Positions 56,633 to 64,000 of a stretch of DNA of 64,000 nucleotides are shown here, in pieces. The notes beneath the pieces were generated by a model. The model saw only the letters and a program-made list of their open reading frames with translations. It did no database searches and had not been told where the DNA came from. Numbering within the stretch: position 1 is the stretch's first letter; each line of letters opens with the position of its first letter. A program made the position numbers and the translations under genes. The DNA is from a virus (lineage: Duplodnaviria; Caudoviricetes): IMG/VR virus record IMGVR_UViG_3300029928_000009, positions 1 to 64,000 of that record. One strand, 5' to 3'.

Positions 56633-58405
56633 ATGAAGAAAAATATTCACATCATACAGGAAAAGAGAAAAACTTTTGCACCTCGGGATCTTAATTCCGG
56701 GAATGTCGGTGTGATGTGTAAGGGAGTGAATCCTCCCAAAAGCGAAGGTGGGGAGAACGGCTCCGTTTCGGGTTGCACTGCGAATAATGGTCAAGCGTCT
56801 GTTCGGACTGCGAATTGTAACAACAACGCTGGCAATGGCAATGACAACTACGCTGGGGCGTTCGCTGTCGATAAGGATATAATGAAAGGAAGCCCCACAT
56901 CGCGAGCAGCAAGCTCAAAGATTAAAGACAGCCATACCGCCACAGGTGGGTATGGGCGGTGCGATTACGACTCGTTGCCTTTTATGGGTGATGAGAACAA
57001 AGCGGAAAGCAACGCAACGGCTACCGATATGGATGCCGTAATGCAAGAATTGAAGACAGCAAACAGAAAAAGGAAGCTGAAAGGCTTAAAACGTTTCTTC
57101 ACTAACCGCCTGCTGATAGAGTATGCTTTTGACAGGACGATGGAAAGGACAAACTCCAACACGTCGCTTTATATAGCAAAAAAGAAAGAAATCTGCGCCC
57201 GTCTGCGAAAGGAACTCACCGATATGACATATACCCCCGGCGATAGCCACAGGAGAGTGATACACAAGAAGGGAAAGGGTGATAAGAAGCGAAATGCAGA
57301 CATCTACCCGATGTATGACAGAATAGTTCAGACACTGATACTTATCGTGATAGAGCAGAAATTCCGCAATATGATGATAAGGAATATTTATTCCGGAATA
57401 GAGGGAAGAAGTCTGTTGAGTAACGACCGCCGATATTGTATGGTAAACAAAATACGCCATTGGGTTAAGACACATCAGGGCAAGTGGGTGGGTCTTACTG
57501 ATATTCACCATTTCTATGAAACGCTGAAAATGAAAGTCGTACTCGGCGAAATGTTCAGCGTTATAGTATGCCCATATACACGGTGGCTACTATTGTTGGC
57601 TTTCAGCAAGACGGAATATCTGCCGATAGGCGGATGCCTTAGTCAGATAATGGCAATGTTTACAGTTGTTTCGGCAGACAGAGAACTGCTGCGGAGATAT
57701 AACGTTGAGCTTTTCTGTTTTGGCGACAACAGGCTTATCGGCGGAGCAAAGGCGGAAGTTAGAGAGGCTATGAGCTTTCTGATGTCATATTACGAAAGCA
57801 GGTACGGACTAAGTGTTAAGTCTGATTATCAGATGCGTAAGGTGTCTGACGGGTTCCGCTTTTGTAAATATGACTATAAAGACAGTTATGTGCATGTGAG
57901 AGCTGAAATAAGAAGAAGGGCGATACGTGCATGGAAGCAGGGCAAACAGCATTATGCAGGGTATAAAGGGATGTTGGATAAGACCGACAGCAAGAGGTTG
58001 GAATATCTAATAGAAAACAGATATATGGAACTGGTGAACAAACACGGAATGACCGTGAGAACACAAAGAGGAGATAAAGTGAAACTCCGTGATTTGGCGA
58101 ATGGCAGCGAGATTGTTCCTGTGGAATATTCAATAGAGCCATCTGAAGCTAAAAGAAAAGAAGGACGCGACGGAAATATGGTAAGGCTTACATATATCCA
58201 TCTTCTCAACGGGACAAAAAGGCTTTGTCATTCCACGGAGGGGAGCGAAGAAGTAGTAGAGTTCTTCAAGCTTGTTAAAGACGGAATACAGGAGCTTCAT
58301 CAGCGTTTGCACGTAAAACACGACGGAACAAAAGCTTATTTCGAAGAGTTCCATACAACTAAAGAAGAGGCATGTGAATTAATTTGCAAAAAATTAGGTA
58401 TATGA
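56633..58405 (+). CDS. DGR reverse transcriptase (true start probably 56882 or 57029); FGDN in place of YxDD; C-terminal extension
   Basis: YDRIVQ, YSGIEGR, LTDIHHFYE, LPIGGCLSQ (DGR IGxxxSQ), FCFGDNRL, GFRFC. Confidence 0.9.
   Translation: MKKNIHIIQEKRKTFAPRDLNSGNVGVMCKGVNPPKSEGGENGSVSGCTANNGQASVRTANCNNNAGNGNDNYAGAFAVDKDIMKGSPTSRAASSKIKDSHTATGGYGRCDYDSLPFMGDENKAESNATATDMDAVMQELKTANRKRKLKGLKRFFTNRLLIEYAFDRTMERTNSNTSLYIAKKKEICARLRKELTDMTYTPGDSHRRVIHKKGKGDKKRNADIYPMYDRIVQTLILIVIEQKFRNMMIRNIYSGIEGRSLLSNDRRYCMVNKIRHWVKTHQGKWVGLTDIHHFYETLKMKVVLGEMFSVIVCPYTRWLLLLAFSKTEYLPIGGCLSQIMAMFTVVSADRELLRRYNVELFCFGDNRLIGGAKAEVREAMSFLMSYYESRYGLSVKSDYQMRKVSDGFRFCKYDYKDSYVHVRAEIRRRAIRAWKQGKQHYAGYKGMLDKTDSKRLEYLIENRYMELVNKHGMTVRTQRGDKVKLRDLANGSEIVPVEYSIEPSEAKRKEGRDGNMVRLTYIHLLNGTKRLCHSTEGSEEVVEFFKLVKDGIQELHQRLHVKHDGTKAYFEEFHTTKEEACELICKKLGI
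56752..56869 (+). repeat. DGR template repeat (TR)
   Basis: AAY-codon-rich copy of VR, 402 bp downstream; 27 adenines. Confidence 0.96.
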
Positions 58406-58977
58406 AAAAAGAAACAATGCAGTTTGCGGAACGTCAGCCCAAGGCGACAATCTGCAATGGAGGAAAGAAAGTTCTCGTTCTGCTGAACGAGAGGGAAACG
58501 GAACGCACTCTTGAACCTATTGACGAACAGGATGCGACCAAAGTAACGGAGTATGCGTATGATGCCTACTGGCTCAACATTAACGGCAAGACAGACGATG
58601 ATATACTCACGGCAGCAAAGGCGGCGGTGGTGAATGACATTGAGCAGTATGACACATCTTCCTCGGTCAACGGCTTTTCCCTCAACGGCAGCGTCGTTTG
58701 GCTCGACAAGGCAACGAGAGTGGGACTGATGAACTCCACGACCATCGCCAAGGCGGCAGGGAACAAAACAACGACCCTGTGGCTCGGAGAGATGAAGCTG
58801 GAGGTAGACTGCGACAAGGCTATTCAGCTCCTGTCTGCACTCGAAATGTATGCTTTGCAATGCTTCAATGTAACGGCGGCACACAAGGCGGAAGTCAGCG
58901 ACATGACGGACATAGACAAGGTACTCGCTTACGACGTTACGGCAGGCTATCCGGCACAACTGAAAATGGAGGTGTAG
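58384..58977 (+). CDS. DUF4376-like tail-fibre-associated protein
   Basis: VNGFSLNG..VWLDKATRVGL...LLSALEMYALQC.NVT..HK.EV. Confidence 0.75.
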   Translation: MQKIRYMKKETMQFAERQPKATICNGGKKVLVLLNERETERTLEPIDEQDATKVTEYAYDAYWLNINGKTDDDILTAAKAAVVNDIEQYDTSSSVNGFSLNGSVVWLDKATRVGLMNSTTIAKAAGNKTTTLWLGEMKLEVDCDKAIQLLSALEMYALQCFNVTAAHKAEVSDMTDIDKVLAYDVTAGYPAQLKMEV

Positions 58978-58981
58978 GCTT

Positions 58982-59437
58982 ATGGAAATGATGGCATTAG
59001 CATCCCTCTGCATCATGGTGGGCTATCTGCTTGCAATGGCTAAGAAGTACGGCAGGCAGGAGGTAATCTCGGAATATGCCTACAAGGGCGGTGCATGGCA
59101 GTTCAGCCTTAGCATCGGCTTGTCGGCAGCTCTCCTTATGCCTCCGATGATAGAGCGGAGCCCCGAAAATTTTCAGTTCCTCGGCTTCCTCGCTCCTGCG
59201 GCGCTGCTCTTCGTGGCTGCTGCACCTCACTACAAGGATGAGGATAGCAAGGTGCACAAATGGGCGGCAATGCTCGCTGCGGTATTCTGCGTATTGTGGG
59301 GACTGGTTACGATGCCGGGTGTTCCTGTGATGCTCGCTCTCATCTACGCTCTCATCTACCCGATAGACAACAAGGGACGGTGGATAGATGCAGAGGTCTT
59401 CGGGCTTGCTATACCATACATCGTTTTATTGAATTAG
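58982..59437 (+). CDS. Multi-pass membrane protein
   Basis: About 5 hydrophobic segments. Confidence 0.7.
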   Translation: MEMMALASLCIMVGYLLAMAKKYGRQEVISEYAYKGGAWQFSLSIGLSAALLMPPMIERSPENFQFLGFLAPAALLFVAAAPHYKDEDSKVHKWAAMLAAVFCVLWGLVTMPGVPVMLALIYALIYPIDNKGRWIDAEVFGLAIPYIVLLN

Positions 59438-59477
59438 GAATTAGGAAAGAGGAATTAGGAATTAATTTGGCTTAATC

Positions 59478-59702
59478 ATGAATAAGGCAACGAAACGAAA
59501 CATACTGGGCATGGCGGTTTATTTTCTCATCGCCGTGCTTTTCGGGGGCGGAATAGCCCTCTTGGCGATGATAGTCCACGAGGACAACGACAGATGCCAC
59601 TACAATTCGGGTAAGTTCGAGAAGTGGGATTTGGTGAGAGGATGCATTGCGGTGGGGCTGGGAACGGCTCTCGGGTATTGGCTGAAAGGAGGTGGGGAAT
59701 GA
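59478..59702 (+). CDS. Small two-TM membrane protein
   Basis: Two hydrophobic helices. Confidence 0.65.
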   Translation: MNKATKRNILGMAVYFLIAVLFGGGIALLAMIVHEDNDRCHYNSGKFEKWDLVRGCIAVGLGTALGYWLKGGGE

Positions 59703-60040
59703 ATGACAAAGAGAAAGAGATGTGGAGGATTCTTGACAACACGATTAAGTGTTGTGCTTTGGAGGTAGACGGGACGGAAACTTTATCAATGACAAGGGAT
59801 GATGTTCTCGGCAAGAGTAAGGCTGAAAATCTCGTTATGACACGCTGTATTCTCGCCGTACAGCTTTATCGCGCCGGGTATAGCAAGACAACCATTGCTG
59901 GACTACTGAATAGAACGACAAGAGCCGTGGCGCATCTCATTAAGCTTGACAGAGATTATACGGACACGTCAAGAGCTTATAGAATAGCAAGCGCACAGGC
60001 AACAATTCTGAATAAGGATATTCAGCCGTGCGGCTTGTAG
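59699..60040 (+). CDS. HTH protein (DnaA-C-terminal-like)
   Basis: LVMTRCILA.QL..AGYSKTTIA.LLNRT; start MNDKEKE overlaps the previous stop. Confidence 0.6.
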   Translation: MNDKEKEMWRILDNTIKCCALEVDGTETLSMTRDDVLGKSKAENLVMTRCILAVQLYRAGYSKTTIAGLLNRTTRAVAHLIKLDRDYTDTSRAYRIASAQATILNKDIQPCGL

Positions 60041-60169
60041 TAATAAAAACGAAATAAAAGAAACGTTCTTTGACTTTATTACGGGTGCTAATTTATTGTG
60101 GCGCTTTGTAAACTTGCATATCTTTGCGGCAATCCCAATACCGGGAGAAACCAACACAAAATAAGAGAT

Positions 60170-61030
60170 ATGGAAGAAAACAGAGTAACGGAGAAGGTCT
60201 ACTGTTATGACCATCCGAGTGCGTACAACAACCATGATGCCCTTGCTATTGCGGCGATGGCACGTGAGGGGAAGAATAACTGCGATCCAATGGCAATGAT
60301 GGCTGCTATGAATGGAGGTATGAATGGAGGGCAATGGAATAACCCGTTTGTCTATCTTGTGTGGATGATGTTCGCTAACCGCTTTTTCGGAGAAAATGGA
60401 ATGAACGGGCAGAACGCACAAAATGTAGAAATGCAGAATCAGTTGCAGGCGATCCGCTCGCAGATGCAGGACAATCAGAACACAAACGCATTGATGGATG
60501 CTATCAAGGGAAACGGATGCAACATTCAACAGCTCGCAGGACAGCTTAATTGCGACTTCAATACCTTAAACGGTGCTATCTGTGATGTACGACAGGGTAT
60601 CAGCACTTTATCCGGGCAGGTAGGATATGGCGCAGAACGTATAATAAACGCTATTAATCTCGGTGACTTGAATCTTGTGCAGCAACTGAAAGACTGCTGC
60701 TGTCAGACGCAACAGAACATCATCAAGATGGGCTATGAGAACCAGCTCGGACAGAAAGACATCATCAACAGCATGCAGCGCGGTTTCGAGTTCAATAACA
60801 GAAGTATAGAACGTGGCTTCTCTGCCCTCGGCTATCAGAACGCACAGGATAAGTGCGACATCATCAGAGCCGGGCAAGACAACACGCAGCGCATCATTGA
60901 CACACTCAATGGACACTGGCAAGCAGACTTGCAGCAGAGATACAACGACGCAAGACTTGAACTCTCACAGCAACGTCAGAACGCAGAGCTCATCGCAGCG
61001 CTAAAGACCACAACAACAGCAACCACATAA
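60170..61030 (+). CDS. Asn/Gln/Cys-rich uncharacterised phage protein
   Basis: MMAAMNGG, hydrophobic NPFVYLVWMMF, heptads, DCCCQTQ; promoter TATCTTTG at about 60119. Confidence 0.75.
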   Translation: MEENRVTEKVYCYDHPSAYNNHDALAIAAMAREGKNNCDPMAMMAAMNGGMNGGQWNNPFVYLVWMMFANRFFGENGMNGQNAQNVEMQNQLQAIRSQMQDNQNTNALMDAIKGNGCNIQQLAGQLNCDFNTLNGAICDVRQGISTLSGQVGYGAERIINAINLGDLNLVQQLKDCCCQTQQNIIKMGYENQLGQKDIINSMQRGFEFNNRSIERGFSALGYQNAQDKCDIIRAGQDNTQRIIDTLNGHWQADLQQRYNDARLELSQQRQNAELIAALKTTTTATT

Positions 61031-61115
61031 GGGGTTGAATTAAGTTAGTAATCAACCGCATTGCATACAAGACGTGTGCGGTGCGGTTTTTCGTTAAACA
61101 TAAATTGACAATATT

Positions 61116-61568
61116 ATGACATTCAGAGAAATTAAACAGGGAAGTACGGTACACATCCTGAACAAGGACGATATGACCGTAACAAGCGGAAATGTACAGG
61201 CAGTATCTTTTCCGCACATGGGAAATAATGGAGGCATGGCGGTAGATGTTACCATCGAAACAGACGGTAAGGCTGCAACGTATACCATCCCAGAGAATCT
61301 TAGTGTAACCTACGCTAATAATATAGTTTTGGCGACGGATCGGCAAATGTTATCGGGGGAAGTGCAGCGCATGAAAACCGAAGCAGAGAACGCTCTTGCT
61401 TCAGTAGAATACCATAAAAAGGTAATCGAGAAGGCTGACGAACTGCTTGCAGAACTTAACCCAGCAATCAGGGAGAAGCAGGAAACAGAAAGACGCTTTT
61501 GTAACATTGAGGATAGCGTCAAGGATGTTAAGGGTATGATTAAAACATTACTGGATAAATTGGCATAG
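61116..61568 (+). CDS. Hypothetical protein (SH3-like beta N-terminus plus coiled coil)
   Basis: ORF following the Cys-rich gene. Confidence 0.65.
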   Translation: MTFREIKQGSTVHILNKDDMTVTSGNVQAVSFPHMGNNGGMAVDVTIETDGKAATYTIPENLSVTYANNIVLATDRQMLSGEVQRMKTEAENALASVEYHKKVIEKADELLAELNPAIREKQETERRFCNIEDSVKDVKGMIKTLLDKLA

Positions 61569-61570
61569 AT

Positions 61571-62158
61571 ATGAATAGAACGCAGCTTAATGCGCAGATA
61601 GCGCAAATCAAAAATGCAACATCTATCGGCGAAAACACAGCGGAAAGGATAGGTACTGTGCTGGAATCACTCACAACACTAATCTTTGACGAAGCGTTTC
61701 AGGGCGCTGTATTTCGCGGTTCTGAAACCACAAAAATTGCTGAGGTTAACAGTTGGCTTGATGATGTATCGTTCGCTAACACGGAGAGTGACCTAAAAAA
61801 AATCGGGCGTTGCAAGATATATGTAGAGGGTGTTAACCTTGAGGTCTACAATTTTGTTTTGTCATGGGCGTCAGAAGAGGGTTCACAAATGGTGTTCGGT
61901 AACGTCGGTATCGTGAATAACGGCAACAATATTACCGTGGGCGGTGGAAACTTCAATATAATATATCGCTACAAACAAAACAAGAAGTGGGGCAAATGGC
62001 TGTATGTAACGGGCGTTGCGCCAACGCAACAGGATGCGGCATATATAAACGTTGGCGGTAAGTTGTATGAGGTAGACAGGGAAAAAGCTATTGCAGCCGG
62101 GCTGTATAAAGAGGTGAGTACAAAGCAAGAAGGTGAGTTAACGAATGGCACAGAATAG
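61571..62158 (+). CDS. Hypothetical virion protein
   Basis: I.NAT.IGENTAERIG pattern of Bacteroidota fibre-like N-termini. Confidence 0.55.
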   Translation: MNRTQLNAQIAQIKNATSIGENTAERIGTVLESLTTLIFDEAFQGAVFRGSETTKIAEVNSWLDDVSFANTESDLKKIGRCKIYVEGVNLEVYNFVLSWASEEGSQMVFGNVGIVNNGNNITVGGGNFNIIYRYKQNKKWGKWLYVTGVAPTQQDAAYINVGGKLYEVDREKAIAAGLYKEVSTKQEGELTNGTE

Positions 62159-62624
62159 TATAGCAACATCCTCGGGCAAGGCGGCAATCATTACCACTAT
62201 GGGCGGTGAAGCCTTGACAGCTTTATATGATTTAAGGTGGATGCTCGTCTTTATCGTGGTGCTGATATGTGCCGACTTTTGGTTTGGTGTCAGCGAGAGC
62301 ATCAAGAAACGGGAGCACTTCCGCTTTTCGAGAGCCGGGCGCAGAACGTGCAACAAGGCGGTGGACTACCTCACGTACTTGCTTGTGGGCGCACTCCTCG
62401 GAATGGCAATCTTCGAGCCTCTCGGCTGGACAGACCACACCACAACGGCAGCCGTAGGTTTAGGCTTCGGCTGCATCTGGGAGATAGACTCCATTGTGGG
62501 TCATGTGTGCGCCCTGCACGGAATAACAAACCGTTTCAGCGTCAAACGCTTCATCATCTCGCTCATCAAAAAGAAGAACGAGGACGTGGGCGAAGCACTG
62601 GAGGATGCGATGGAAGAAAAGTAA
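62145..62624 (+). CDS. Holin (phage holin 4-1-like)
   Basis: LIVADF-like ICADFWFGV, SRAGRRTCNKAVDY, WEIDSI; upstream of the endolysin. Confidence 0.8.
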   Translation: MAQNSIATSSGKAAIITTMGGEALTALYDLRWMLVFIVVLICADFWFGVSESIKKREHFRFSRAGRRTCNKAVDYLTYLLVGALLGMAIFEPLGWTDHTTTAAVGLGFGCIWEIDSIVGHVCALHGITNRFSVKRFIISLIKKKNEDVGEALEDAMEEK

Positions 62625-62715
62625 AAATAATAAAAATACTAAGGTAAGGAGGGTTAGTATTTTAAAATACTAAGGTTTGTACTAACCTTTGTACTAAGGT
62701 ATCAAAAAGTTACTA

Positions 62716-63162
62716 ATGGATAAGACGATGAAATCAAGCAACACTCTAATAGAGAAGATTAAGGAATTTGAGGGTTACAAGGCTAAAGCCTACAAGTGCC
62801 CTGCCGGGGTATGGACGTGCGGACATGGACACACAAAGGGAGTAACCGCCACAACCACCTGCACCAAAGCGGCAGCAGAGGAATGGTTACGACAAGACCT
62901 TGCCCCGATAGAACGCTACCTAAGCGGAACAACAGGCATAGACAATCAGTTTAAGTTCGATGCCTGCGTTGACTTCTGCTTCAACCTCGGAATGGGGAAC
63001 TTCAGCGGCTCTACACTGCGCAAGAAGATTATCGCCCACGCTCCCGAAAAGGAGATAAGGGCAGAGTTCATGCGGTGGGTCTACGGCGGAGGAAAACGTC
63101 TGTCGGGACTTGTGAAGAGAAGGGAATGGGAAGCGGAGAGATTCTTTAAGGAGAGGAGGTGA
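62716..63162 (+). CDS. Endolysin, GH24 lysozyme
   Basis: FEG...AYKCPAGVWTCGHGHT (E-x8-C-x5-T), FNLG.GNF..STL, GLVKRREWE. Confidence 0.9.
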   Translation: MDKTMKSSNTLIEKIKEFEGYKAKAYKCPAGVWTCGHGHTKGVTATTTCTKAAAEEWLRQDLAPIERYLSGTTGIDNQFKFDACVDFCFNLGMGNFSGSTLRKKIIAHAPEKEIRAEFMRWVYGGGKRLSGLVKRREWEAERFFKERR

Positions 63163-63648
63163 AAATGGAGAAACGTAAAATTAGCCGTTCTAACGCATTA
63201 TTTTTCTTTGGCTGGGCAATTGCACCCCTCTTACTTTTTGCGTGCGCTGGCGGCAAATCGGTGGAAAATAACTATAATCAGGCAACATCCGAGGTGATGC
63301 ACGACACATTGCTCCATTATATTTGGAGTAATGATAGCGTGAGCCGTACTGATAGCGTCTACCATAAGGATAGCGTTGTGTATGTGTACCGGAACGACAG
63401 CGTGATGATAGACCGATGGCACACGAGATATATAAAAAAAATGGAGGAATGAAGTTAAAACCGATACTGTCCGAGCGTACATATACAAGTATATTGCGAA
63501 CACGGACACAATAAGACAAAACAAGATAGAATACAAGGAGGTGAACCGTCTGACGCTGTGGCAGCAGATGAGAATGGGAATTGGCGACATACTGGGCGTC
63601 GCTCTAATAATATATGTATTGGTACTTTTTATAAGGTTAAAAGTTTAG
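63159..63648 (+). pseudogene. Unimolecular-spanin-like lipoprotein split by a frameshift in an A8 run
   Basis: Lipobox LLFAC and DT/DSV repeats; removing one A at 63434-63441 restores a frame ending in RLTLWQQ plus a C-terminal TM and TAG at 63646-63648. Confidence 0.7.
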
Positions 63649-63660
63649 GTTATTATTGAG

Positions 63661-63690
63661 TGCTGCGTCGTGAGATGCGGCATTTTTCTT
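63661..63690 (+). terminator. Terminator after the lysis cassette
   Basis: TGCTGCGTC-GTGA-GATGCGGCA plus T-run. Confidence 0.7.
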
Positions 63691-63720
63691 GCCTAAAAGC
63701 AAAAATTTGCAAAATTAAAT

Positions 63721-63811
63721 AGTTGTATAGCATACAACTTTTAAAAAATGCAAAAGTATTAATACTTTTTACTAAACCGCTTGTTTGTTCCGAAAAGTAT
63801 TAATACCTTTG
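63721..63811 (+). promoter_or_regulatory. Promoter with palindromic operators
   Basis: AGTTGTAT-AGC-ATACAACT; perfect 18-bp palindrome 63752-63769; one-mismatch copy 63793-63810 overlapping TACCTTTG. Confidence 0.7.
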
Positions 63812-63852
63812 CATTGTCAAAATAAAACAATAACAATCAAATTCAAAACAAA

Positions 63853-64000
63853 ATGGAAACAATAACAAATTACAAAAAATTAGATTTACAAGGCTCTGTA
63901 ATGTATAACGGAGAAGAATCGTATATTGCTTATGCAGTAACAAAGAGTAAAATGTTCAAAACGGCAAAGGGAGCAAACGCATTCATGGTTAGAAATGGTT
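63853..64000 (+). CDS. Partial DUF1391-like small protein
   Basis: TKSKMFKTAKGANAFM resembles the DUF1391 SKTFKT.GA..W motif; truncated by window end. Confidence 0.45.
   Translation, partial: METITNYKKLDLQGSVMYNGEESYIAYAVTKSKMFKTAKGANAFMVRNG

Noticed and set aside
1-64000. CRISPR array
   Set aside because: No regularly spaced 25-45-bp repeats with unique spacers were seen
1-64000. Stop-codon reassignment, as in some gut phages
   Set aside because: Very long ORFs are intact under the standard code, and TAG ends genes normally (for example 12109-12111 and 61566-61568)

Overview
The whole window looks like a temperate Bacteroidota gut phage, probably Prevotella/Bacteroides-type (recurrent TAnnTTTG promoters, Bacteroides-type gene families, standard genetic code). 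It appears to be in the excised configuration, with an intact attP whose core is the 3' end of a tRNA next to a tyrosine integrase. Layout: leftward recombination/replication operon (1-10.0 kb: RecT, SMC-like ATPase, MBL nuclease, NinB/NinG-like, SSB-like, tRNA-like elements); repressor plus membrane genes (10.2-12.1 kb); Rep-like gene plus RNase HI (12.1-13.9 kb); attP-int (14.1-15.7 kb); two antirepressors and about 20 small leftward accessory genes including PcfJ, PcfK/AcrIIA9-like and DpnD/PcfM (15.9-24.4 kb); a 1-kb G-tract non-coding region; three probable ejection proteins including a 4383-aa polyvalent protein (25.9-41.2 kb); leftward portal-terminase-neck-rhomboid operon (41.2-47.8 kb); rightward scaffold-capsid-tail fibre genes; a diversity-generating retroelement (DGR) targeting the fibre C-terminus (56.3-58.4 kb); and lysis genes. 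No tape measure or sheath was recognised, so podovirus-like morphology is inferred. Most notable: (1) a DGR with 15/15 adenine-specific TR-VR differences whose RT has FGDN in place of YxDD and no avd; (2) a phage rhomboid protease together with a capsid protein carrying an N-terminal hydrophobic leader and no recognisable prohead protease; (3) paired attenuator-like leaders on the Rep and antirepressor genes; (4) minimal tRNA-mimic hairpins flanking a structured non-coding region; (5) a second att-like site 11.2 kb from attP. All family assignments come from visual motif recognition, not database searches.
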